64,000 nucleotides of DNA, taken from a virus (lineage: Duplodnaviria > Heunggongvirae > Uroviricota > Caudoviricetes). The position numbers were made by a program, and so were the translations under genes. The notes beneath the pieces were generated by a model that saw only the letters and a program-made list of their open reading frames with translations, had not been told where the DNA came from and searched no databases. This document shows positions 35,101-44,530 of the stretch, piece after piece. Position 1 is the first letter of the stretch. The number at the start of each line of letters is the position of its first letter. Location: the IMG/VR virus record IMGVR_UViG_3300034126_000013; one strand, written 5' to 3'.

Positions 35101-36708
35101 ATGAGTAATGTAATCGTTCCAACCGATGAGCAAAACAACGTAGTAGCGATGTCCAAGCTACATCGTGCCATGAAAATCCGTGCATATGCAGGTGCCGCCA
35201 AAACGTCTACACTGTGTATGGTTGCCGAGGAATTGGTTGTCCCTAGCCTTATGCTAACCTTCAACAAATCGTTGGCTGACGAAGCTAAGAACCGCTTTCC
35301 AAGCTGGGTTGAGTGCCGTACTACTCACAGTCTTGCATACGCTTCTTTTGGTGCACAGATGCGTCACAAACTCAAGCGTCCAATGGGTGCTTACCGTAAC
35401 GTCGCAGGTACTGGTACTGAGATTGCAAAATACTTCAAGACAGGTGACTTCCTGTACATGATCGATGGTGAGCGTGAAGCTCGCAAGATGAAGGCTGGCG
35501 GTGTCGGTGTTGCCATCAAGGAAACCGTAGCTAAGTTTGAGCAATCGGCTGATGAACAACTGGGTAACCAGCACGTTTCTACCAGTCCATGTGATCAGAT
35601 TCTGCTGAAAGACCAAAAGAGTATGCGTGCTTATCGTTATTTGGTACTGAATGCTGCTGTGAAGTTGTGGGCACTGCGTTGTGATCTTCGTTCTGATGTA
35701 CTGGCTACTCATGATACATATCTGAAGCTTTATCAGTTGTCGAAGCCGGACCTGTCGAAGTACGAAGTTCTCTATCTCGATGAATGTCAAGACGTAAACG
35801 CTGTTGTACTGGATATCTTCTTGCGTCAACAGGACAAGTGCCGTCTGTATGCAGTGGGTGATGGTTTCCAGAACATTTACTCGTGGCGTGGTGCGATCAA
35901 CGCAATGCTTGAACTTGATTGGCCTGAGTTCTGTCTGTCGAAGAGCTTCCGTTTTGGTCAAGAAATTGGTGATCTTGCCGATGCGATTCTAGCTCAGGAC
36001 GGTACAAAGATTACTGCTGTCAAAGGTTGGGAGAAACTGAAGACAAACGTAATGCCTAAGCATGAACTCCCTGTTGACATTTGGGATCAGCAATATACTA
36101 TGTTGTTCCGTACCAACGGTGCTTTGATCTTTGAAGCTGTTGATTTGATGGAACGCGGTAAGAAGGTTAACTTGGAGATTGATGTCTCCGACTTCACCAA
36201 GCTGCTTGACTCGGCTATTGAGTTGAAGCGTGGGAACTTGCCAAAAGTTAAGCATGAATCGCTTGTACAGTTCGCAAGCTGGGAAGAGTGTGGTGTTGAA
36301 GCAGACGCTGTAAAAGGTGAGCTACAACGTGTATTCAATATGGTTGATAATGGTAGCGTCTACAAGATTCTTGGTGTTCTGTCTAAACATAAGAACGTTG
36401 AGAACCCTGACGTAACGCTGACTACCGCTCACAAGTCGAAAGGTCGTGAGTTCGACATTGTAATCCTTGCAGATGATTTCCCCACACCGTATAATCAACA
36501 AGGTGAGTGGATTGGTTTGCAGGATATGGAACGCAACTTGCTGTATGTTGCTCTCACTCGCACCAAGAAGTATTTGGGCTACAACGAGACAGTCACCGCG
36601 ATGCTTGCACGTTTGCGGAATTACGGTGACGTTTCTGACGAGTTCGATGATTTTGTGGGAAAGCAAGTGCGTCAAATGGACCGGGAGCTTCAGGACATTC
36701 TGGCGTAA
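35101..36708 (+). CDS. UvrD/Rep-family SF1 DNA helicase (535 aa) with atypical P-loop
   Basis: Motif I AYAGAAKTST, Ia TFNKSLADEAKNRF, II LYLDECQDVN, III VGDGFQNIYSWRGA, V LTTAHKSKGREFDIV, VI LLYVALTRTKKYL. Confidence 0.75.
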   Translation: MSNVIVPTDEQNNVVAMSKLHRAMKIRAYAGAAKTSTLCMVAEELVVPSLMLTFNKSLADEAKNRFPSWVECRTTHSLAYASFGAQMRHKLKRPMGAYRNVAGTGTEIAKYFKTGDFLYMIDGEREARKMKAGGVGVAIKETVAKFEQSADEQLGNQHVSTSPCDQILLKDQKSMRAYRYLVLNAAVKLWALRCDLRSDVLATHDTYLKLYQLSKPDLSKYEVLYLDECQDVNAVVLDIFLRQQDKCRLYAVGDGFQNIYSWRGAINAMLELDWPEFCLSKSFRFGQEIGDLADAILAQDGTKITAVKGWEKLKTNVMPKHELPVDIWDQQYTMLFRTNGALIFEAVDLMERGKKVNLEIDVSDFTKLLDSAIELKRGNLPKVKHESLVQFASWEECGVEADAVKGELQRVFNMVDNGSVYKILGVLSKHKNVENPDVTLTTAHKSKGREFDIVILADDFPTPYNQQGEWIGLQDMERNLLYVALTRTKKYLGYNETVTAMLARLRNYGDVSDEFDDFVGKQVRQMDRELQDILA

Positions 36709-36852
36709 GTGTGGTAAAGTGGGAATCTTGGATGAACTCAGGTTCATCCTTGAACTCACAAATCGAAGCGAAAATGATCTATCTTGGCTCTGGTGTTATT
36801 ACTGACCTTGACCGATTCGTAAATGGAACCGATTATTTCGGGGGAAGTGTTT

Positions 36853-37119
36853 ATGACCACGAACCAAATTACTAATGACAAGTTTGTTTTGCTCGTTGTT
36901 GGTGAAGTACCAAAACGTAAACAACGTTTGATTACATTACTCCATGAGAAATACGGCGATAAACTCGAAATCGTTAATCAATGTGAGTTTGAAGAGATAC
37001 AGGGTCGTGACATTGACTTTATGATTATAGATGAAATATATCCATCTACTGTGCAAACAATGGTGGCTTATAATCCAAAACCACAGGAGAGTCCATATTG
37101 GCAAAGAGGGCGGTGGTGA
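36853..37119 (+). CDS. hypothetical protein (~88 aa, start MTTNQITNDK)
   Basis: ORF 36823..37119 trimmed to ATG with GGGGGAAG RBS. Confidence 0.45.
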   Translation: MTTNQITNDKFVLLVVGEVPKRKQRLITLLHEKYGDKLEIVNQCEFEEIQGRDIDFMIIDEIYPSTVQTMVAYNPKPQESPYWQRGRW

Positions 37120-37241
37120 AGTTCCCACCTGTCAAGGGTGAACGTTGTGAGCTTTGGGTACATACTCAATACGGTTATGTTCGTATTATCGCAGAGAGTT
37201 ATGCTGAAGCTCAATATCTGCAAAAGAACATGAGGAACTAA
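37116..37241 (+). CDS. small protein (~41 aa, GTG start, KFPPVKGERCELWVHTQYGY...)
   Basis: Not in track; GTGA coupling, AGAGGG RBS. Confidence 0.25.
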   Translation: MKFPPVKGERCELWVHTQYGYVRIIAESYAEAQYLQKNMRN

Positions 37242-37243
37242 AC

Positions 37244-37528
37244 ATGGAACTATACGGAATAAAATACAGTGAAACTATTCGAATCAATGTCGTTGACATC
37301 GACGACTACAATATCAATGGCAGCTTCAATCCTAATGCTGCCTCGGATATCGAATTCTATGGATATCGAGAAACGACATTTAAGGTTGAGTCTGCCGAAG
37401 TCAAGACAGCAACAGGCTGGTGGCCGATGCATGAAGATGAAGTTCGATACATCTCAGAACTCAATGATTCTGTAACACTGCTTGTACAAAATGAAATTGA
37501 TAAACAAAATGGAGAGTACAATGTTTAA
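37244..37528 (+). CDS. hypothetical protein (94 aa)
   Basis: ORF track. Confidence 0.5.
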   Translation: MELYGIKYSETIRINVVDIDDYNINGSFNPNAASDIEFYGYRETTFKVESAEVKTATGWWPMHEDEVRYISELNDSVTLLVQNEIDKQNGEYNV

Positions 37529-37688
37529 GACACTTGGTGGTGTCATCTTTGGTTTGTTGGTAGGTGGTGCTATTGCATCTCACGTTTATCTCCCACAACT
37601 GAAATGTGTAAAACAAGTTGTTGCAAAGGAAACAAAACGTGAGTATCCTGTCGGTACATTTGAATATGAGGTTAAGCGGACACAATGA
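37521..37688 (+). CDS. small membrane protein (~55 aa, start MFKTLGGVIFGLLVGG)
   Basis: ORF 37482..37688 trimmed to ATG with GGAGAG RBS. Confidence 0.4.
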   Translation: MFKTLGGVIFGLLVGGAIASHVYLPQLKCVKQVVAKETKREYPVGTFEYEVKRTQ

Positions 37689-37933
37689 ATGATTTAGTGA
37701 TGTGCCCCGGCTGTAAAGAACCAATGATTAGTGGTCAACAAGTCTTTAATGGCTTGCTGAAGTGTCACTGGGACTGTTCCGACAAAGTTCGTGAAGCAAT
37801 TGGTGAGCAGAATGCAAACGACCTGATTCGATCTAGAGTTGATGTACGCCTTCGAAGTGAAGGTTTGTTCCCCGGTCATCATCTGTATGACAAACTGATG
37901 GATGCAACTCTGGATGAGTTCTTTAAACCATAG
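37685..37933 (+). CDS. zinc-ribbon-like protein (82 aa; CPGC...CHWDC)
   Basis: ORF track; four Cys in two pairs. Confidence 0.45.
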   Translation: MNDLVMCPGCKEPMISGQQVFNGLLKCHWDCSDKVREAIGEQNANDLIRSRVDVRLRSEGLFPGHHLYDKLMDATLDEFFKP

Positions 37934-37943
37934 ACACAAAAAT

Positions 37944-37969
37944 GCCCCGGTACTCGAAAGAGCCGGGGC
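37944..37969. terminator. bidirectional terminator at convergent junction
   Basis: gccccgg-tactcgaaagag-ccggggc (7-bp stem); minus-strand U-run AUUUUUGUG, plus-strand uuauuguuuug. Confidence 0.6.
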
Positions 37970-37976
37970 TTAGTCG

Positions 37977-38306
37977 TTATTGTTTTGCAGAACCTTTCAA
38001 ATCAACACGTAGGACACTTGCAAGATCGCGAAGGTCTTGTCGAAGTCCCTGTGTTTCACGAATCCATTGTTCCTGTACGTTCTTAAACTCTTCTCGACTC
38101 ACCTTCCCTTCTTGAAGTCGGCTAATCGCTCGTTGGTTAGCAGCGATATTCTTCTCAAGCCCAGCAATCTCGTTTCGAGTCGTTGCTCTATCAGCCTGAT
38201 ACATAAATGCAGTTAATGAGATAAGTGCAATACCAGCAAACCCACCAAACTTGCCGATTAGTTCCTGTAATTTGTTATCATTTGGTACTGGTACTGGTGT
38301 TGGCAT
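37977..38306 (-). CDS. TM + coiled-coil protein (109 aa), spanin-like or lysis regulator
   Basis: N-terminal FGGFAGIALISLTAFMY helix then charged coiled coil; last gene of lysis cassette. Confidence 0.4.
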   Translation of the reverse strand: MPTPVPVPNDNKLQELIGKFGGFAGIALISLTAFMYQADRATTRNEIAGLEKNIAANQRAISRLQEGKVSREEFKNVQEQWIRETQGLRQDLRDLASVLRVDLKGSAKQ

Positions 38307-38577
38307 TTTCTGGTGCTCCTTGCATTGTGTAGTTTTTAATTAAGCCTTCAATTAGTATCTGATGTGCTCGAAGACAACTTGTGTTATTAACCCATGAGAT
38401 TGCAAGTGTCCGCACCGTCTCACCTGCTGGTTGCTCAATACAACTTATCTTAAGCAACTCTAATGGAATGTATTGCTTCTGATATATAACCTCTGAGATA
38501 GGCTCTGGTGGCTTACTTGAGCAACTTGAGCAGATCAGTAGGCAACTTATCATCAATGTCAGCAGTAGTTTCTTCAT
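38278..38577 (-). CDS. o-spanin-like outer-membrane lipoprotein (99 aa)
   Basis: Lipobox LLICSSCSS; overlaps 3' end of i-spanin in another frame. Confidence 0.5.
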   Translation of the reverse strand: MKKLLLTLMISCLLICSSCSSKPPEPISEVIYQKQYIPLELLKISCIEQPAGETVRTLAISWVNNTSCLRAHQILIEGLIKNYTMQGAPENANTSTSTK

Positions 38578-38887
38578 TGATAGACCCTTTCTTAGATGGT
38601 ATTGCGTTTATCAAATTTTGTTTAACAATACCATTGCACACTTCCTTATCCACTTCCTTAGTAATGGTTATGAACTCAATGGGTTTTGTCTTTAGTTCAG
38701 AAGCTAATGCAAGATTTTGTTCTGACAGTCGGTTGTTCAATTGAACATGCTCTGTAAGCTTCTCTGTCAACGCTGTAAGCTCTTTATCATCACCTCTATG
38801 GCTCAGGTAGGATACGGTAAGCAACGTTGCTAGAATCACACACAGAAGCGTCTGAGCTTTACTCTTTACTGTCGCAATTAGATTCAT
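38513..38887 (-). CDS. i-spanin-like protein (~124 aa, start MNLIATVKSK)
   Basis: N-terminal TM (LLCVILATLLTVSYL) and periplasmic coiled coil. ORF 38513..38992 trimmed to internal Met; long form overlaps holin. Confidence 0.45.
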   Translation of the reverse strand: MNLIATVKSKAQTLLCVILATLLTVSYLSHRGDDKELTALTEKLTEHVQLNNRLSEQNLALASELKTKPIEFITITKEVDKEVCNGIVKQNLINAIPSKKGSINEETTADIDDKLPTDLLKLLK

Positions 38888-39134
38888 GTGAATGCTCCTT
38901 GACTTTATCCAAGTCGTCGATTTCTTGATCGAGCAACTTCCCGATGAAAAACAAAGTTGCAAACATGAAGCCCCAACCGAACAACCAAGCAACTGTCATT
39001 GTATCAGTCAGGATTCCAAGTAATGCAAGTCCAGCCATACCAATCGCGTTCAATGCGTTAGCAACAAACGAATATAGGTGATAGCGTTTGCAGATGTGTT
39101 TGTATACTTTATTCCACATAGTAACCCCACTCAT
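38859..39134 (-). CDS. holin, two TMD (pinholin-like, 91 aa)
   Basis: Two hydrophobic helices and charged C-terminal tail; overlaps endolysin 3' end. Confidence 0.55.
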   Translation of the reverse strand: MSGVTMWNKVYKHICKRYHLYSFVANALNAIGMAGLALLGILTDTMTVAWLFGWGFMFATLFFIGKLLDQEIDDLDKVKEHSHESNCDSKE

Positions 39135-39681
39135 TCAACGTTGGTTTGTACGCGGAAGGTTCAACACCCATGCAGTATTTATACTGATTACTGGCTCGAA
39201 TCTCCAAACCCTTCAGCTTGACCTTCTTACCATCAACAGTACCATACACCCATTTGGTAAGTTCCATACACGCTTTGTCATATCGACCAGCATTCAAATC
39301 TTTTAGCAACGTACTAGATGTCAAGTTGCCAATCCCTTTATTGAATGTGAAGTCAGTTACAGCGCCTTTCATCCATTCACTTCGAAATGGAACTTTAACT
39401 ACACCTTCAACAAGCTTTTCGTGATACTTCCAGTCCTTCACGAACAAAGCAACGCATTCGTCTTCGGTGTATATTTTCTTTACCGCTTCACCCTTCTTGC
39501 CTAAGTGACCGATACACCATGTCTTCAACCCAACAGGATCGTCATATGGTGATGTATAGAATCCCTCAGAAGGTGTGGTTAGTTCTGTTGCTACATAAGC
39601 ACTAGGACCACCAACACCAGCAGCAATTAGGGCGATAAAGATTTTCTTCTTTATCGAATTTGAAATCGTAATACCGCCCAT
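39109..39681 (-). CDS. SAR endolysin, T4-lysozyme family (GH24)
   Basis: Weakly hydrophobic Gly/Ala-rich N-terminal signal-anchor. Catalytic E...D...T triad (TPSEGFYTSPYDDPVGLKTWCIGH). Confidence 0.65.
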   Translation of the reverse strand: MGGITISNSIKKKIFIALIAAGVGGPSAYVATELTTPSEGFYTSPYDDPVGLKTWCIGHLGKKGEAVKKIYTEDECVALFVKDWKYHEKLVEGVVKVPFRSEWMKGAVTDFTFNKGIGNLTSSTLLKDLNAGRYDKACMELTKWVYGTVDGKKVKLKGLEIRASNQYKYCMGVEPSAYKPTLNEWGYYVE

Positions 39682-39695
39682 ATTTCACCTCTTAT

Positions 39696-40163
39696 TTAAT
39701 ACCAACGACCAATTGCAAAAAGAGTAACAGTTTTGACATTACCTGCCGCGACTGCTGGAGCTGACCACAGACGCCATTGCAAGTTAGTAGACGTTACCAC
39801 TCGTGTGAATACACCTATGATTACCGTACCATCGTTACGATATACGTTTAAGTTCGGTGTTGGTGCACCAACAAAAGGTACAGGGTACGTCCAAGTTACT
39901 TCACTGCCCATCTGAAAGATAGAACCAACAGCAGATGTCACAGCCAAGGCTACGGCGTCATATGTAGAGGTACAAATCAGAGTACCGTCCGCATATTTAA
40001 TGTACTGACCATTAGCATTGGTATTTGTCTCGATAATTGCACCAGTAGGTACACCAGCAGTTTGTGTAACTGTACCTACAGCCCCTGCACCCATTGAAGT
40101 TGCACCAGTACCCCCTTCCGCAATACCTATTACATTTTTAGATTTCAAACGTGCTTTAGACAT
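39696..40163 (-). CDS. fibre-associated structural protein (155 aa)
   Basis: Gly/Thr/Ala-rich, between fibre genes and lysis cassette. Confidence 0.4.
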   Translation of the reverse strand: MSKARLKSKNVIGIAEGGTGATSMGAGAVGTVTQTAGVPTGAIIETNTNANGQYIKYADGTLICTSTYDAVALAVTSAVGSIFQMGSEVTWTYPVPFVGAPTPNLNVYRNDGTVIIGVFTRVVTSTNLQWRLWSAPAVAAGNVKTVTLFAIGRWY

Positions 40164-40178
40164 GTGTTACTCCTTATA

Positions 40179-40955
40179 TTAAGAATCCAGACGGATGATA
40201 TTGAAATAGTTAGGGGATGAAACAGTCCCGTCATTATTGACACTGCCTGAAGAAACCACAGTGCCAATTTTATCCCCTGCAATAAACCGCCCTTGAAATG
40301 AAATGGGCGCAGCGGAGTTTGCCGCGCCAGTAAAACCTTGAGCTAGGTTAGTAGTGACACCGGCTCGTTTTAAAAAGAGGGTAATCCCGGTATTGCTTAT
40401 TCCAGACAGCACGTTTAAATCAATTCGGTACACACCGGGATTTGCAATGTTCCAGTACCGGTCAGATGATCCTCCATAGGTTACGCCAGAAGATACGCAA
40501 TCAACACCCCATAAAATTTCTTGTCCTGTGGCTGGGTTAATATGTCCAGCACCAATCTGGCGACTGCCGTATACCTTGGCATTCAGCGTTTCAAGTGTAC
40601 CTACTCTAGCAGTGACAACATCCGCTTCAGCTTTGGTATAAACGTTAGCTACAGAGAAAGTACCGAACGCATACACTCGAATAAGAGCACCTATCTCAGC
40701 ACCTTGTGTTAAAGTTAGTACGCTTGTACTAGTAGTTGTATAGTCAACTACTTTTTGCAGAACACCCTCGTTGTACATTACGAGTGTATTACCGGGGATG
40801 TAGTTCAATGATATAGCGTTGTTGTCTGGACCTGTAAATACAGTTTGGTTTGCTGTAGCTGTGTATTCATATACAATTAGTGTGCTACTAGAAGCAGCAG
40901 CAAGTGCGTCAAGCTCTTTAGCAAGGCCAGATAGTCTTTGTGCTTTAGATGTCAT
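40179..40955 (-). CDS. tail fibre protein paralog (258 aa)
   Basis: LIVYEYTATANQTVFTG / NVYTKAEADV mirror segments of the 880-aa Stf-like protein. Confidence 0.5.
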   Translation of the reverse strand: MTSKAQRLSGLAKELDALAAASSSTLIVYEYTATANQTVFTGPDNNAISLNYIPGNTLVMYNEGVLQKVVDYTTTSTSVLTLTQGAEIGALIRVYAFGTFSVANVYTKAEADVVTARVGTLETLNAKVYGSRQIGAGHINPATGQEILWGVDCVSSGVTYGGSSDRYWNIANPGVYRIDLNVLSGISNTGITLFLKRAGVTTNLAQGFTGAANSAAPISFQGRFIAGDKIGTVVSSGSVNNDGTVSSPNYFNIIRLDS

Positions 40956-40966
40956 TTAAAACTCCT

Positions 40967-40988
40967 TGACCCGCCCTTTTCAGGGCGG
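40967..40988 (-). other. intercistronic hairpin (7-bp stem ccgccct/agggcgg) without U-run
   Basis: Between Stf-like gene stop and next RBS. Confidence 0.35.
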
Positions 40989-40996
40989 TGTGTTCA

Positions 40997-43639
40997 TTAG
41001 TTGTCGATACGTTCAATCAACAGTGTCCCAAAGGGGTCTGGAACACTGTTAGATAGTGTTCCAGAAATGATGTTTATGCTGACTTTATCACCGGCTATAA
41101 ACGAAAAGAACTCATGTATAGCCATTAAAGAACTGGCGTTGGCGTAAGTTTGTGCGATACGCGTATCAGTTCCCGCCCCACGTTGATACATAAGATTAAC
41201 TCTGGCAGGAGCGGGGCTTGTTAAAGCAGTGAAGTCAATACGATAAGTACCACTGACAGGGATCACAAATTGACGGTTAGTGCTGTCATTAATGACGATA
41301 CCACCAATGGATACCACCTGATTGGTAAACAACACACGACCTGTGGTTGGATTCGCTGTAGAGCCTAATTGCCAGCATGTATACACTTTAGTGTTGGCTA
41401 ACTCTAGCGAACCAATACGGGCGCTCTGTGCCGCCTGATTTGCGGCCAAAGTTGATGCATCCAAGGTTCCTGCGTTGTTTACCGAACCAAAAGCACGGAC
41501 ATACCAGACCCCTGTAATGTTGAGTGACCGAGTTTCGCTGGCAGTTCGTGGTGTACCTGCCGCTCCCTTTACCTCGAACGAGGAGTCACCCAAACGGAAA
41601 CCGGCGAGCGTGGCTGCCTCTAGGTTACCGGATGGACCAACGGTGAGCGAGTTGAAGTTCGTACCAGCAGCACCTGATATGTTAGCCGAGTAGAAGCGTA
41701 CATAGTGATCCTGAAACGCATCGGGTTGGATCACACCAGCTACGGCAGCGGATAATATCCCATCACCACGACGGAATACAGCACCCAATGAGCCAGTAAA
41801 CTTACCATTGTAGTCCGGTACTCGAAAGTTAGTACCATCAGTTCCGACCGTGAAACACCCTCGTTTAGTTGGGTCAGCCTGCCAAGTTGCCTCGGCAATA
41901 ACCGGAAGTTTAGCCGTATTGATCAGATTCCATAGGTCAGGGTAAGTTGCACGGCTGTAAAGCAGACCATCCATAGGTAATGCCCCGACTGGGAGCATTG
42001 CACGGGAAGATTCCCAGTCGATTTTACCTACGTGCGGTTTTGCTGAAGTAATAAGTGAATCACTTTCAACCTTAGTGTAAGTTGTTATCTTATCTGCTTT
42101 ACTATCAAGTAACCCATCTTCTTCCGCTTTAGTGTAATGGTTAGCTACAGAGAAGGCACCAAATGCTTGGACCTGAATAAGATCACCAGCTTGCTCAACA
42201 GGCTTTACGAGTGTTACCGTGTTAGTACCGGTTGTAGTGTAGTCCACTGTTATTTGAAGCTGTACACCGTTCTGTGAAACAACAGTACCTGCACCCGATA
42301 GTGACATAGTTTTACCATGGATGTCGGCACCAGTAAATACGGTTTGACCAAGTGTTGCAACGTATTCATAAACGACCAAAGTTGTGTTGTTCGCTTGAAT
42401 AAGATCGTAAATTGCTTTACCTTGCTTAGCAGACAATACCTTAGTTGCATCTGTACTTGTCAAGTTATCAACAATGTCAGCTTTATTGATTTTAAGGTTG
42501 ATAGCTGTTTGTGCTGCTGTGCTAATTGGTTTATTTACGTCAGAGGTATTATCAACAAGAGACAAACCGACATCCGTTTTAGTCAAAACAACAACACCTT
42601 TTTGACCGTTTACAGAACTTACAGATTCAGTGTTGTCAATCTTATAGAATTGTTCCATTGGTTTAGACCAAACCAATGTATCACCAGCACCATATTCAAT
42701 CGTCTCACCATTGTCAGTTACAGTACCACCAACAACAACCTTCCAGAAACCAGATACGACAGGTTTAGTAGGATACACACCAGACGACAAATCAACTGGA
42801 CCGTTATCACTCAGGTTACCAGTTACAGTTGAAGCAGCAGCGATTGCATCATCACGAGCTTTCTCAGAAAGAACTTGTGCCGCTTGTGCCGCGTTCTTCG
42901 CACTAGTGGCTGTATTGGCTCCTGTGCTTGCGGTGGTTGCACTGTTAGCAGCATTTAGCTCAGATGTATGGGCATTAGTTTCAGATGTCTTAGATGCGTT
43001 TTCAGATGCCTTACTGTTAGTCTCAGATGCCTTACTGTTAGTCTCAGAAACCTTTGCAGCATTCTCCGAAGTTTTAGCAGCGTTCTTACTAGCCAGTGCA
43101 GCAATTTCACTATCCTTAGCTGCATTTTGACTTGCTAATGCATCATCAGCGGCAGTGTCAGAACGATCAGCACTAGTCGATGCATTTACTTCACTAACCG
43201 AAGCAGCAATCTCACTAGCCTTTGCCTTATTCTCACTAATCTTTGCTGCGAGTTCACTAGCCTTTGAATTATTCTCACTAATCTTTGCTGCGTTCTCAGA
43301 AAGCTTAGCTTCTTGAGCAGATTCACGAGCAGCAGTTACATCTTCTGAGAAGTCGCGAATGTTATCTGTGATGTAACGCAGACGGTCAGCAGTTTCTTTG
43401 TTGTAACCTTGAATCGGAGCGATCATGTAGTCTGTACTATCAACAACAGAAGGACCACGGTATGCAGGGTAAATACCGATCACTGTTTCGGAACTGGTGT
43501 TTACAAGTTCATACCATTCACCATCTGGTGCACGAATAGCATCACCAACACGAGTGTTCGATGCGAAGCGTGTGTTTATACCGGTCAGGTAAGTATCACC
43601 AGTATTGATCGATACTCGACCATTTTTATACCATGTCAT
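40997..43639 (-). CDS. side tail fibre, lambda Stf-like (880 aa)
   Basis: Long A/S/E/N/K-rich repeats ENAAKTSENAAKVSETNSKASETNSKASE like lambda Stf AAKTSETNA repeats. Confidence 0.75.
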   Translation of the reverse strand: MTWYKNGRVSINTGDTYLTGINTRFASNTRVGDAIRAPDGEWYELVNTSSETVIGIYPAYRGPSVVDSTDYMIAPIQGYNKETADRLRYITDNIRDFSEDVTAARESAQEAKLSENAAKISENNSKASELAAKISENKAKASEIAASVSEVNASTSADRSDTAADDALASQNAAKDSEIAALASKNAAKTSENAAKVSETNSKASETNSKASENASKTSETNAHTSELNAANSATTASTGANTATSAKNAAQAAQVLSEKARDDAIAAASTVTGNLSDNGPVDLSSGVYPTKPVVSGFWKVVVGGTVTDNGETIEYGAGDTLVWSKPMEQFYKIDNTESVSSVNGQKGVVVLTKTDVGLSLVDNTSDVNKPISTAAQTAINLKINKADIVDNLTSTDATKVLSAKQGKAIYDLIQANNTTLVVYEYVATLGQTVFTGADIHGKTMSLSGAGTVVSQNGVQLQITVDYTTTGTNTVTLVKPVEQAGDLIQVQAFGAFSVANHYTKAEEDGLLDSKADKITTYTKVESDSLITSAKPHVGKIDWESSRAMLPVGALPMDGLLYSRATYPDLWNLINTAKLPVIAEATWQADPTKRGCFTVGTDGTNFRVPDYNGKFTGSLGAVFRRGDGILSAAVAGVIQPDAFQDHYVRFYSANISGAAGTNFNSLTVGPSGNLEAATLAGFRLGDSSFEVKGAAGTPRTASETRSLNITGVWYVRAFGSVNNAGTLDASTLAANQAAQSARIGSLELANTKVYTCWQLGSTANPTTGRVLFTNQVVSIGGIVINDSTNRQFVIPVSGTYRIDFTALTSPAPARVNLMYQRGAGTDTRIAQTYANASSLMAIHEFFSFIAGDKVSINIISGTLSNSVPDPFGTLLIERIDN
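42990..43300. repeat. short perfect tandem DNA repeats inside Stf-like gene
   Basis: gatgccttactgttagtctca x2 and (t)tattctcactaatctttgctgcg x2. Confidence 0.6.
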
Positions 43640-43651
43640 TGTGTTCTCCTA

Positions 43652-44530
43652 TTAATTGTATGGGAAAGGGTAATTATTAGTGTATATCAGTAATGCAGTT
43701 GGTAATCTATCAAGTGGTAGATTCTGCCAAGATGCTGGGACTGTATACTGATTACCACCGGGTGTTACTTGACTTGAACCTGCTGTAGCTCCCATTATAA
43801 AGCTCATACCACCGTATCTACCATATGCACCTTCTGATGAACCATATACAGTGATAGGTCCAGATGTTGGTGAGTTAGGTGCCGTATCAATACATTGGGC
43901 ACTTCTTGACCACGGTAGAAATGCTGCATACTCTGTAGCACCTAGTGATATATCAATAACTGATTCAACGCCTGCCCAGTTATATGAGGATCGTCTACGG
44001 ATCAATGATGCACCATTATATACAACAGGGTATCTACCGAACCGATCTACAGCAGGGGGACCGGGAGCTTGCACAGAACCAATTACATTCAATGGTGGTT
44101 GTAATGAGTTAAAGGTAATCCTACCTGATGTGTCGTATGTTTTAAGATATGGTGAACCAGCAATATTATTTGCCATAAGGTCAAAGCAATAAAACTTTGT
44201 ACTAGTACTGGCGTTGGTATAAAAGAAGGTGGTTGAATTGCCACTGATCTGTGTTCCAACAAGACATCCTGACCCCGTAATAAATGTGATTGGTGAAGTA
44301 ACGTTATATACAGTAAACCCCCATAGATTATCACCTTGATCGAATGTGGTACTCACTACTACTGGAGAAAAGTTTGATCCTTCACTCGGATCAAGTTGAG
44401 CAGAACGCAATAAACGCCGTGTCCAAGTCTGTAAATATGACATGTACCCACTCTTGATTAATCCATAACAAATCAAGTTCGTATCAAATAGAATTACACC
44501 GTTGTCTTTATATGCTCTAAGTTGTGCCAT
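43652..44530 (-). CDS. tail fibre/baseplate-associated structural protein (292 aa)
   Basis: Position between J and Stf; Ser/Thr/Gly-rich. Confidence 0.4.
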   Translation of the reverse strand: MAQLRAYKDNGVILFDTNLICYGLIKSGYMSYLQTWTRRLLRSAQLDPSEGSNFSPVVVSTTFDQGDNLWGFTVYNVTSPITFITGSGCLVGTQISGNSTTFFYTNASTSTKFYCFDLMANNIAGSPYLKTYDTSGRITFNSLQPPLNVIGSVQAPGPPAVDRFGRYPVVYNGASLIRRRSSYNWAGVESVIDISLGATEYAAFLPWSRSAQCIDTAPNSPTSGPITVYGSSEGAYGRYGGMSFIMGATAGSSQVTPGGNQYTVPASWQNLPLDRLPTALLIYTNNYPFPYN

